The position numbers and the translations under genes are program-made. Below the pieces are notes generated by a model, which saw nothing but the letters and a program-made list of their open reading frames with translations, had not been told where the DNA came from and searched no databases. 64,000 nt of DNA from Phoronis australis (taxonomy: Eukaryota; Animalia; Phoronida): positions 333,850 through 397,849 of the forward strand of contig NMRA01000110.1 in NCBI GenBank assembly GCA_002633005.1, read 5' to 3'. Each line of letters opens with the position of its first letter. Positions within the stretch are counted from its first letter, which is position 1. Positions 1 to 13,400 of the stretch are shown in pieces.

Positions 1-908
1 CACATGTGGGAATGTGCCTAACAGTTGGATGTTTTGTATTAGAAGGAATCAAAGGAATTCTCTATAGGTTACAATGCCCTCAACAATGGGTTAGGTTGCA
101 TTTGGCGAAAATAAACATTCTGATATAAAACAGAGGCAGGGAAACACTTTGGTCATCAACGACTCTGGGCTACGGTTACGTAACATCACGTGGCCTGTCT
201 GCAGACGCGGCTTACGTCACCCGTCTTAGACGACACATTCTTATGTGCTTAAAATGACCACCTCTGACCATGTCGTCGTAACCCGTGGTTCTCTTAAAAA
301 GAGTAAAACAGTCTTACAGAATGCAACGCCGTACAAAGATAATAGAATAGCGCGGTGATAAGTTGCAATCTACAGTGCATAATGTTTCTACCATCTGCGT
401 GTTGTCACCCATTGCAGTGCCATTTGTTCCAAAGAACGTTTGGCATCGTATCAAAGAGACTGTGTGAAGGGATATCAAAACTTGCCATACTCCTCAAGCC
501 TTTTGACGGTGTTCCAAAATTCAGGATAACGAAACAAAAAATGTTAAGGCTTATCTTGTAATTTATTTTAACTAAACTATCCACTCGCGAAGGCAGTTTG
601 TGTTATTTTTTAGTCATCACGTTTGCATATAAACATTACGGGAACTACTTCATTTGGTATTATCAACAACCCGGATATTTTCCTGGCCTCACCTTCGGAT
701 TTGAATGTTATCTGCGCATGTGCGAACTTCAGTCACTGGGTAAATTGTGTCCACTTCCAAACTGGAGAATGATTGGCCGCATGACTGAATGTCGCCCATG
801 CGCAGATAATGTTCATTTCTCACAGAAATTTAAGGCTATAAAAAACACCAAGTGTTGTTCTCTTCCTTTTAGATCAACATGTTTACTAACTCATCAATAT
901 GATTGCAG

Positions 909-3900
909 CTCTTCATGAACCTAAACTGGTCAAGAGAGGTCGCCAGAGGCGCTCAGCAATGTCACTATCGAGCCTGCTACCTGACGAACCGGAAGGGACC
1001 AGAGTTGTTGGGTTTGACGTGTTGTTGACCCCTACACAGTGGCGGATCGATAACTTATTCAACTCTCAGGGACACAGGCAGAAAAGAAAAGCTGTACGAT
1101 TCCAACGGTTTCATTGGCCTAACGCCATCATTCCATACAAAATACACAAGTCAATCGGTAAGCATCTTTTGCTGACATCAGCAAATATCTGGAAATACTT
1201 GGGAACACACTACGTTTTAATTTTGTTGTACCAAATTTAAGACATTTGATATGTTGTCTGGTGGATTTGTTGGTTATTAAATAGTCGTTACAAATCGGGA
1301 AACGTTCAGAAGACGGTTTATGGTATTTGTTGGAACCGTTTCAAGTTGCAACTCTCCACAGTGATGCTCGATGCAACACTGGCGTAGAACTGGTTTCTCG
1401 CAGAACTCTGACCCAGTGTCTTATATGGTGCTAGGGTCACCGTCTTGCGGTCTCGTACATACCGGTGTTTCCAGGCACTGACAAACCACATCCTGCTGAA
1501 GCGAGCGTAAATGAGTTCATCAATTTTGTTTTGACATTTACTGATACTTAAACCGTGTGGGGACATAACATTTCTTTTGACACATTTTTAACCAAGGATT
1601 TTGAAAAAAAGTTAACTCTGACGCCACGGTGACCGTGATCAAACTTGGAATAAAGATTTCGCGTAAATCTTGAAAATACGGACTATGCTTCTCACCGTTG
1701 CTTGATCAAATTAATCGCTCACTTAACCCAATAAATACTATCTCCGTCAGAGGAAAGAGTATCTCCATAAGACGTTCTGAACCTAAATCAAACTATTTCC
1801 ACGTGCCCAACAACACTTTCTATAAATACAAATGAAATTTCCCTCACTAATTCAAAAAGAAAACCGCTTGCTCGTATCTGTCACAATTCGAGTACGAGGC
1901 CACCGTTTCCTGTCTTATTTCCACGTGGTTCTCGTTTAACTTCAACCGCTGTAATGAATATAAAACTGAGTCGGATTCCTATTCATTAGCTAGCACACTG
2001 TAGCCGACTTCCTTTCTCGACGCATTTTCCAATAAAAAACGTGCGTTTGTCCTGCTATCAATGTTTGACTATGTTTATAGGCCTCTGTGCCGAGGTGCTT
2101 TTGGGCAAACGCTTGAAAAGCTGAATAGAACGCTCACGCGTCGATACATTCGTTTTTTGAATTCTCTTTTAAGATTGTGTTCATGGCACCAATAAAAAGT
2201 ATTTAGGAACACCCAACTGCCATCATTTGACAAAGGACCGCCAAGTTTCATAGAAAAAGATAATTATTTGAAACTGACAATAAGTAAAAATAATGCTCCC
2301 GATGGCCGCGTCACACCAAGAAAAAGGTCCTCAAGAATTTTGACACAACGGGCTTGAGGTGAAAATGAACCGACTAAATGTTAGACTCACGAACGTAAGC
2401 CTAATTAAAACTACTTTTGTGTAACAGGCTCTATGGGACATAGGGTCTACATATTCGTTCATTTACCATGCAGCGAGAGCTCAATTTAACTACAATTGTT
2501 TTGGTCGTCACAGATGCGATATCACATCGCGCCAAGTCGGTGATTGCGTCGGCTATGCAGCACTGGGAGGAACACACCTGCTTGAAGTTTGAACGTTACG
2601 ACGCCAGGAAACATGGCCGCGACTATGTCGAGTTCAGACGGGGTTCATGGTAAGTGTTTGTCTTAAAGATATTTACAGTATTGAACAGACGCTGTTACAC
2701 TCATGTAATTGAAACAATTGGTTTACAAGCAAAGCCCTTCAGGTACGTCAGAGCCTCCAGATGAGATATCGTGCCTTGGTCTCATTGGTTGCTGTTCAGT
2801 TTGCACAAGATCAACAGGACACGTATTAGAGAATCTAAATAATGACTTGAATTCGTTGTCTGACAGAAGTCACCTATTTTTCCTGTACGTATCATAGATG
2901 ATTTGACTTGCAGGTGTGCGTCGAAACTGGGACGCGTCAACGGACGGCAACCACTGTATCTAGCCTGGGGCTGTCTCGTAAGTATATATAGTATGATAAT
3001 GATCGAGCGTTATTTGCAACCGATTTTCAAAAGTGAAGCGTTAAAAGAAGCAACATTTTTTTTGTTACTTGGTCGCACCTCAGTTCTGTTTTGTCAAGTG
3101 TTTTGCTGTAGTGAGATATGAGACGTTTTTGGAACAAAAAATAAGCGATACCAGGCGATTCCCTATTTCCGTTTGTATTCGTTTTAAGCTGAACAAACAG
3201 GCGATGTTGCGAAAAGTGTCAATAGTTTTCATAAACTATTGGATCCCTCTGCATCTCATTTTGTACTTGTTAACATAGACAATCATGAGGCCAATAAAAC
3301 CTAGCATTTTGCAACACTAACAGTTCACGCTGTTCGTATTGTCTCATCCTGCAGAAACGAGGAACAATAGTTCACGAGATCGGACACACTATTGGTTGGA
3401 TCCACGAGCAGGCGCGTCCCGACAGAGATGACCACGTGACGTGAGTACTGTATTCATAATATGACGTTGAATAGTTGGACATTACTAATTATTCGATTTT
3501 TGTGGTATAACGGAGAGTGAAAACTTCTATTTTTTGCTGATCGCGAGGGCAGATTTACCGTGTTTCCATTTTTGTTTAATTGTGGCAACAAAAGGACTAT
3601 ATCCGTCCGCGAATAGTTTCTCGGGAGACTATTTACAATTGTGTGAGTAGACTATATAAATAGTGCGAAAACGGACTCACTGAACACACACACAGACACG
3701 CGGGTGTTTCCAAATGTTTACGAAATTCCATGCTTTTGCTTACCTCTTTAATTTTGAGCTGTTTGTTTTTACTACAGAATTCGATGGGAAAGAATTGCAA
3801 GTGGATATAAGGACCAGTACCTCAAACATCATAAAGTGTTCATTAACACCTATGGCGTCCCCTACGATTATAACAGTATCATGCACTATCCTAGCTCAGG

Positions 3901-6900
3901 TGAGATGATCACGATCATGATTGGCACGTTGCTACGCTTCTATTTTGTCCTGGTATAAACAGTCGAACATCTGGTGTGTCCATGTTTCGCAGTTATCTTC
4001 ACCAATACATAACTGCATCTCAATGAAATCGCGTGGTTTCGCATTTATGTGACATGGGGTGTTTATATGATCCACCCTCGCACAGTGAGAGCAAAACTGG
4101 AGTCTGAAGTTCGCAGAATTTGTAACGAAAATATCTGTGTGAAGAATAAAAGGAAGGATGTTTCGATAGCAAAAGTACAGTTATTCTGGACATTTACAGG
4201 TGACGAATATTTTTCCAAATGTGAATTGGATACTTAATTTCCAAACATTGTCGAACTCTCACCGGGAGATCACTTAACTTGAAAAACACATTAAAACATT
4301 CGCTCAATTTCAAGACATCTGATGCCCTAAATTCGCCCATGTTTTCATTCATTTGACATTTTAATTGGTTTTCCAATGGCTTGGTGCTACAAAAACGTAC
4401 CACGTCCTCCCCTTATCAAAATAAAAATACGTCCCAGCCACCACACACTTTGTACTGCGTCTCTTAATTATTTGGAGACAAAATTCAATTTTAGACCGTA
4501 TCACTGCCGGAGGCTAGACACTTCATTAGAGTCCTGTTGTGACATGTCGAAACGAATCAGCGCTAATGAAGGGACTTCCTTGATGGACGGCGATGGACAT
4601 TTTTGTTGCTCTTCTGTCTCATTCAACAGTGACCTCTTCAGTGATCGGGGTCCCGTGACGTATCCAATCACAGACAAGATTGAGCTATGGTGTCAGAGCT
4701 GCAGAAAAACTTGCTACATATTGGCGCGTGCTTATTGAGAATGGCAGTCAAAGTTTCACCGATTAATGTGTATAGACGTGTCTTTATAGCTTGTATAACT
4801 TTACCCTGTCGTTTTAGGTGAGATTCTGACAAAGGACCGTGCTTATCAATACAGGATTGGACAACGGGAGAAACTGAGCTTTTACGACGTCAAACTGGCC
4901 AACATCATGTACAAGTGTGCCGGTAAGATTTCTCGGTTTCCGTCATACACACACTATTACGTCTTAGTTATCAAATTGTCTTTACATCAGCTTAATATTT
5001 TGCAGAACTTTGAGTCTCTAAAATATGAACTTAACGCCTCATTCTCAGGAAACCAACCAACTATGAAACTAGATACAAAATGTCAATCTAAACCGTCGGA
5101 AATTACATTAAATGCTGTTGCAAACATGGAAATGTCCAAACACTAGCTAAAGGCCGATTATGTGATCCTTGTTCAACTCTTTCTAGCTTTGTTAATTAGT
5201 CTGAACAGGTAGCCTGCCTTCTGCCACTCAAGTATCTTGTTTACACATTTTTTCTCTAAGACCGAGACCCACGTTAAGCAGAGCCGTAAGGTGATTTCAT
5301 TCGATAACATGTCAGGTATGCGATTAGTTTTACAGAAACATTCGTTTTCCAAATGCGTGCTATTCCGAGTAGAGCAAAGTGGGGCAAATGAATTGTCTGC
5401 AATTGTATCACGGAAATAATTAACAGTGATAATTGGAAATTGCTTGTTCTTTTTCAGAACGTGCCAAGTGTTCGTCTAAAATCAAGTGTAAAGCACCAGG
5501 GTACGTGGGACCAAAATGCCAATGCGTTTGTCCTGACGGTACCAGGTCATGTGACATCAACGAAGGTAGTCTACACACCAACCACATCTTTGGTCCAGGT
5601 GATGAGAACACTGTACACGTAAGGAGGACAACGCACAAGCGCACAACTACCATGGCAACGACATCAACAAGGAGACCAACGACGCCACGACCAATGACAA
5701 CAACACCTCTAACTACTACCAGTCAAAGTACAACAACAACTACAATGCAGACGACAACAGAAAAGCAGACGACAACTTTGGAGCCGACAACACAATCGCC
5801 AACAACGGAAGGTGGGAATCGTGTAATTGTTAAAAAGACGTCCTATCGACCTACCTTATCTATCTCTGAAGGCGCAACTGTTGAGGACACATTTTCCTCT
5901 TCAGACGCCGACATTGTTACGACTCTGGTCACTTCTGAGTCAACTTCTTCAACTCGAGGAAGCCCTGTAACATCCACTCAAACTTTTATCGACACTTCTG
6001 TTTCATCTCCTTCTGAACCTTCCCAAACCACGTTATCCCGTGTGGAAGCGACGTTGTCAGTTACCACGACCACTCCGCACCCACCATCGTCTACCAAAAC
6101 TGTTACCACGGCGACCACCAGCACACCTCCCTCTACAACACGTAGTGTCTACTGGAGACGTAAATGGCAGCCTGTCTGGAGAAAGCGCTGGTCCAACAAA
6201 CGACGAAACAATAAAACCCAGAAAAGAAAATTCTATCGCAAACTGCACCGAACTACCACAGCCTCACCAACAACCCAAGCTCTTTCTCAGTCGACATCAC
6301 CCACACCAAACTCTGACACAAACCCGTTCACTGACGGACCTCCTCGCGGTAAGCAGACCTGTACAGTCTCCCCGCCTGCCTACTTACACCCTCCCCTCCC
6401 ATTAACTGATACCGGTACATTCGCTTGAATCAACAAATAGTTCTTAGACATCAAAATTAAACCTTGTCAAACCTAACCTTTTAGGACAACATCCTCGTAG
6501 ATGACAAAATCCCTATTGTACTCACCGGCACACCAAACCCTTGAGAAACCTGTAGACGAAAGAGACCTACAGCCTTTAGCACGTAAGCCCTAGTTTAACT
6601 TTTATGAGCCCCAGTAAATGCGATTTCACCTCATAGCTGACACCTTCTTCCAGCAGAGGTACACTTCTGTCGTGTTCACCCCTGCCTCGCTATACCTATT
6701 ACTAACTCTCGTTACTGTATGGTTGATTCTTGTCATTCCTCCTCTATATTCCTTGTTTGGTCGCATCAGTATGCGCCATAACCTGCTTCAATAATGTTGC
6801 TGTTCTCGTTAGAAATAATGGGTATGCTTGCCGGTAAAGGCACAGCTTCATTATAGTCCACTGATATCAGATTTCATAACTCAAATTTCATCTCAAAGTC

Positions 6901-8031
6901 AATGTCGCATTTCTCCTCGTCTAGTCCGACGTAACGAAGTCACAGGGGAGATTACTTGTTTTTCAGACCGAGGATGTTGGGTTAAAATACCCGGATTCTT
7001 TATTCTTGGCCACAACGACGACTCTATGGGCGGAGCTAGCCTTGAAGATTGTCAACGGAGATGCGTCACATCGAAGAGATTTAAATGCAAATCCTTTGAC
7101 TACTGGGCGGACAAGAAGAGGTGTTATCTCAGTTCTAAGACTAGAATAACAGTCGACTCCAGACGCTTTACTATGGACCAACGAATGATTCATTACCAGA
7201 GAAAACCGTGTCAGAAAAGTAAGTTAAAAGTTTTTGTTGTAAGTTTCATTTTGTATAAATACAGCTTGTTTTCAGTCACCGGATGAAATCGTTTAACGTA
7301 CATTTTGCAGTTGAAAGAAAAATCACTATTTTGACAATAATTACTTTATGACCACATGACCACATTCTCAGTTGGGTTATCAAGTAATTATTTCATTCTT
7401 TCTGTTATTATAGTCATCTGCCCTTACGGTTGGAATTCAGTTGAAGGAAGATGTGTTAAAGTATTTACATCGGCTACTTCCTTCAAACGGGCAGAATACA
7501 ACTGTAAGGTAAGTAATTAAGAGGTGTGAGTGATCTCCCCTGATCAGTTTCTCATGTACCCACCCAGTGTGGTGGACTTCAGAGGCAGTCTGAGATGGGA
7601 CAGTACTTCCATGGTTATACTGTACAATGCCTTTGACTGCAAGCTCTCTCCAAGGTTTTCTGAACAAACACAAATCGTCAAGGACTACGGACGATAATTA
7701 ATTAAGTAATTACTATTCCTTCAGAATTGCAATCGTCAGCAACGATTAGGTGACGGGTTGAAATGCATGATTATTGTTTATATTGCAGCAACGAAAGGCG
7801 GGAATCATGGCAGTCACTCAAGAATCAGGCCGGATGTTACGTCAAATGACCAACCGCGGTCTCCTGCCATACACAGAATTCTGGGTAGTAGCGCCAAAAT
7901 TGACACGTGACTTTTGGAGTACTATCTATAGTTTTTGTAGTCACGTGAATATAGGGAAAGGTCAGATTACTTTAGATGAAAACTTTTGTTATAAAAAGTA
8001 CGCTTATATTTGTGAGCGAGAGCCGCTATGA
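909..8031 (+). CDS. Astacin-family (M12A) zinc metalloendopeptidase with EGF-like, Thr-rich linker, PAN/Apple and C-type lectin-like domains; multi-exon, signal-peptide exon not located
   Basis: Phase-consistent GT-AG exons: 909-1157, 2514-2649, 2914-2977, 3355-3440, 3778-3899, 4818-4922, 5458-6348, 6967-7218, 7414-7508, 7789-8031 (TGA). Prodomain ends RQKR|KAV followed by WPNAIIPY and [10 protein letters not shown]. Zinc motif [19 protein letters not shown] (3355-3440), Met-turn YDYNSIMHY, and [24 protein letters not shown]-like [16 protein letters not shown]; [22 protein letters not shown]; [32 protein letters not shown] branch-point match at 884-890. Confidence 0.93.
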
Positions 8032-10295
8032 TCAGCCAGAAAATAACTTGTAGTGGAAGCACCGTTTGCTGTCAGTTATCTGTTGCTGTTTTGGCAAGAT
8101 GACGGCCAGATTCTCGCGATGTTGTTAGAGAGTCTCGCGAGTTTTGACTGTCATAATGTTGAGAACGGAATAATCTCCATGCAAAAGACCATAAACATCT
8201 ACGGCTTGACTATTAGTTGTAAATATTTCCATGTTGATTTAGTCGTCATCAGAGCTCGCTGGTTTGTGCATCAATATTCATGCTACGTGGTTATGGTCGT
8301 TTGCGTGGTAAAACTAAGTAGGTCTTCGCATCACTGTATATTATGTAAATAATTATTTTGTTGTAACTTATTTTTATTTATTTAAGATATACATATTTGT
8401 GATAATTGCGTTGTTAGGAAATGAGGGTGTTCTGTCTCATGTAGTTTGCTGGCATGTCACAGCAGTTTCCATGGAGGGGGTCACGTGTTCAAACAAAGTA
8501 ACTGGTTCTTTCTGACAAGCTATCATCAATACAGGAACTCAGTTGTCTTAACCATTCCATGGGGAAATGTTCACTCACTGAATGATCCCTGGCATCGATG
8601 TACATTTGAAGAAAATCACCTTTCGTTTTCGCACATCAGGTCAACTCGAGGATCTTGGTTTCTGGTAGCCATTTTGATTTTAAAAGTATTTTGCCTTGTG
8701 GCAGTGGAGCAACCAACAAAAGAAAACATGTTTTTCCACGTGATCGCCTGTTTCCCGTTGTGGTTTAGCTGGGTTAAAACAATGCCAGTGTGCGTAACTA
8801 GTTCGATAGACCGAAACAAATCTCTTTACAGAAAACAACTAGGTGCAGTGTCTAAGACGTGAAGTAGGCTGATTTCTAATGCCAGTAAATAAGGTTCCGT
8901 CAGTGAATGAATGTATTTTCGGTCTGGGAATGAGAAGCGCGATTGTTCTGTAAGACCGAAATCGGGGTTTTCAGTCTCAGGGTTACGTCATCGTTAGGTG
9001 TTAATGTCATGTGACCAACAGTTGTATCAAAATTGTTTGTAAATGTTTTGTCCAGATGTATTTGCACATTTTGCCGTATAATAAAGTTTGACAACACAAA
9101 GCGTGATCTTTTCTCCACTCACAAGTGAATACAACTTTTCTTTTCATTTTTATCAGTTACCTCACCTGAACACTTTTGTGATGATGGCGTCTGGAGGGGG
9201 TTGTCACAAAAGCAACGCAAACCCTTCTCAGGCAGCAAAAGCAAACTCAGGTTGTACACAATGGGAGCGTCTCTCACGTCGGATGGTACTGAGCGTCTAC
9301 CTATAGGAGCCAAAAGGGCAAAACGCTTGGTTTAAAATTTAACCAGATACTGACAACCATCCACGAATCACACCTTGGTCACTAAATTGCCAACAAGGGG
9401 TGCTTTTGGGTCATAACTGGCACAAGATTTATTGCAAGACTTAAAATAATTCATTTACCAAACGAGAAATATGCGACACGAAATGAACAAGATCAAAAAC
9501 ACTAAACACATTCATTAAATGCGCTTCCTGTACCACAAATATATTTATCGTATAGTAATCTGTTTTGCCAGGGCTACATTTAGTTCTCATCCATTCAAAT
9601 TCTGAATGGTATTATTTCACTTGTGACATGAGTTCGTAATCTTGAGGTTATCGTCCGACGATACAATGTCCAGGTTATCGTCCTACAACACTACCTCTCA
9701 TAGATGACCACGATACTCGTGATTCGGTCAAGACTATCAACTAATTCAACACCCTGGATGCACATGTTTAGCTAGACCGTGCACTCATCTAGAGCGTGTT
9801 ATGTGCTGCAAAATTCAATATTCAAAAATTATGTTTGATGTTATTATTATTTATATCACATTATCAGCCTGGCATGGCCAAAAAAAAACGTTAAATAACC
9901 CATTTCGTTATTCAACGTGCGTTGAATAACATTTTGGCGGGAAACCGAGGCCGATTTCGAAACCGCTTCGCAAGAGCTTCGAGTCGTCAACTTAACCGCT
10001 GCGCCTCTCAGCAGCTGACGTTATCGTACTTGAAAAGAGAATACTTAAATGAGAACGCCAAATAATTGCTTTGTACTGACATTTAATACGCTATGAAAAA
10101 TAAGACGCACAATTTCAAAATAAAACGCCACCTAAAATTTATCTGTCATTTTCTCTCACTTGTAAATCGTCGATCACCAGTTTGAAAGCAGATAACGTGT
10201 CGTCGGGATCCTTTGACTGGGGCATTATACTCAGTAACCAGTGGTAACCTACTTTAGCAACCGATATTTTCACGGTTGAAGATTATAGACACCAG

Positions 10296-10444
10296 GGCCC
10301 AGTTGCATGAAAGTTATACGCCGTATAGTAACAATGAAGTCGTATTATCACGCGCCACGTTGTTATTGTTGAACAATGCACCTGACGTCATGCAACAATC
10401 AAACTTATCCAGCGGATAATTTTGAAGTTTTATGCAACCCAGCC
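10296..10444. mobile_element. Harbinger/PIF-like MITE (149 bp)
   Basis: Imperfect TIRs GGCCCAGTTGCATGAAA / TTTTATGCAACCCAGCC. Flanked by a 3-bp direct repeat CAG (10293-10295 and 10445-10447). Confidence 0.65.
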
Positions 10445-13400
10445 CAGATTTGCAACTCCGACATTTTTCCTACGAAATATCCTAGAGGAGGCGCCACCCT
10501 CTAAACATAGCAAACTCAGCTTCCAGTTGGTGTATTGTGATGGGAAATTCTTCCATCTTTTACTGTCTAGTACAACGGAATAAAAAATAAAAATTATTTC
10601 GGCATTGAAACGCTGTTCAAGGTCTTTCAACAGTAGAGTTTGGAAACTTTGAGGGGCACCCGCGCGTATTCGAGCTTAAAACGAAACGTTCCGGTGGAGT
10701 ATATGAACTGCTGTTGAAGTGCGAGATTGTTTTTTGAGTAGGTGGTTATTTCTGGAGTATTAATATGAACTTGGTTAGGAATTTAACGTTTTACGAGCGT
10801 TCAATTTATTTAAACACGGGTGTGAGTTGGGCAAAACTGCCGATCCAATTCCCGACAAAATGACCATGATTAGCAGACGACGTACTTGCGGAAGTAAGGC
10901 GTGCTATATGTCTGCCGTCACGGCTTATGCGTAAGATCATAAATTTCGTCCATTGAAAATAAACGGTTACCGGTACATATACTATAGTCTATGATGGAAG
11001 CGTAGCATGATCAGATGTGTAGTATGCTATATTAGTTGATTAATAAAACTCATTTAACAGATTCACTTTATTTCTATTTTGTTTAAATTTCTTCAGCCAC
11101 TTTTAACATCCGTTCAACTTCTCATCTCCATTGTTGTCATGTGCCAACAGTTAAATTCTATTTATGCAGTGGTGGACCTAGGATATCATAAGGGGGATCC
11201 TCTGCAATTATGCAAAGCGCGATTGCAGAGTGTACTCTTGTATTGCACCACCACGTTTTCTACCAGATTCGTGCTAAGAGACTTGTTTGTGGTCCACAGC
11301 GTTCTCGCACGAACGTGCTTCTTTCCGTAATGTTTATTTCACGCTTTATATATTTTGTGTAACCTTCTCGCAACAAAAGGTGTGTTAAAACATTCTTAAG
11401 TTGCTCAAAAGACCAAATCAATTTTTGTGTTGGAAGTAAACGCCACACGCTTGCTTTGCAAATCGTCTAATAAGTTAATTTCAATGTTTGACAAAGAGAA
11501 AACTGAGTTTCTGAATGTAGGTGATTCACTTAGGCTTCGATTAAAATTTACATCTTACAAACATTTTCTTTTTCTTCTACCGTTTACTTTGAAAAAATGA
11601 AGAAAATTTCTTCACTTCACCATAGATTAGAGACAACAGAATGTATTATAATTTTAATTCACGGGGCGGACATTAAAATCCAAAGCGAGGTTCACTGCGA
11701 TAAACAAAGTGGAAGTTGATGTTGCGTGAGTTAAATGGCTGGTCTTTCGAGTCCAACCAGGATATTAAATCTTAAAATGTGTCAGAAATTAACCACAAAG
11801 ACGTAGAAAAATACATTAGAGAAAAATTCAATGCACCAAAGAGTTGTCTGGCGGAAAACTAAGTTCGAAACACGAAAAGTAAATATGACCAACTTGAAAT
11901 TAAGGCGATCGTGTTACGAATGCGGGGTTACGTTTCTTGTAAATTGTTGATAAAAATGCTTTCTACACGAACAAGGTCATCTGCTCGTATTTTTGATGTG
12001 TTGAACATATATTTGACAGTGATGACTCATCGCCATCCTGCTATCACATCTGGTTTAATTTGTTGATCAAGAATATTAGCATCAAGCATAGCCTAGGTCC
12101 TGGTAGTGAGGCATAGGGACTACGGAGACTAACAGTTGATTTGTCATTGATCGGCAAGAATGATTGAAGTTATTAAAACTATTTTTTATTATCATAAAAA
12201 CCAGGCTGGTAATTGAAGCAAATTTCCCGAAATGAAATTAATCAAATTAGCGAATGTGAGTCTTCCCGCCGAAACCGGTCGTTGAATTTTCTTCGGTCAA
12301 TGATGTTATCATAGTTTTCACTGTCCATTTCTCACCATGATCAGGGATTCCACCAAAAACATCAGTGAACAAAGCAATGCTGGTGCAGCTTGGGGCTCTA
12401 AATGTCCGTCATTGAAACGATTCTCTGGATGAATGCAATAGGAACAGTCTCTACGAATAGTGTTCGAATATATATAGAAAAAAATGAATTGGTTTTGCAC
12501 TCAAATTGCACCTCGGTAAACTAATTTGATAAAACCGTGTTGCCAGACATAAAACAAACATTGTTTCGACTGAAGTTATTTATGAACTTGTAACCTATCA
12601 TAAAAAGAAATTTTTTATGGAAAAAACATCTCATTTAGATTAGTTGATAACCATACTGTCCTGAAGCGGGATTTAGTGTCTTTCTAGCCGCAATGTGAAA
12701 ATAAAAAATGGGTGCTAGCTTTTGACCTCGTGCCACCACAATACGAGAACTACGGTGGTGGGGCTGCAAACAGGCTGTGCTATCAGCTTATACCGTTCTT
12801 CATTCAGGAAAAAATGTCGAAACTTTGGGGATCTGAGCAACTCGCGCATGTAATTCAAGTTATGGCTATGAGAGACATGCGCTGGAGAAGGGAACTAATA
12901 TTCAATACGACATAAATCGTGCGACCACTTGGGATGAACTATTTTTATCTCTGTGGGCATCACATGTAAATGGTTATTGGCCAGGCTTCAGGAACTTCAG
13001 ACGAGCTTCACATGCGACCTATGTTGCTTGCCAACAGTACCTTTGGTATGGATGCTCCTGGTGCGATTTACTGAGTGAAGTTGCGTTCTAGATTTCACGA
13101 GAGTAGCTGGGACTTGCGTAGGTCCAGATCCAGAAGGTATAGGAAGCGAGAGGATGATGGCTTCAATATCACTGCTACTTAGTTCGCCGATTGAACGTAA
13201 ATCATCGATGTTCTCGCTTGGATCGATGACTGGGCTGCCTTAGGAGACGAGTGATTGGTGTCGATAACCCACGCATTTGGATTGATTTGCATATCACTGA
13301 GTCCATTGTCGATCTAACGCGGACATGGTATGTGAGCCATTCACTCAATTCTGCTTCGAGCGCTTTCCTAATGTCGTAGTTCTCAGTCTCAGATATTTTT

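Noticed and set aside
6040-6405. Alternative-frame and antisense ORFs over the astacin linker exon
   Set aside because: They are by-products of the stop-poor Thr-rich codon composition.
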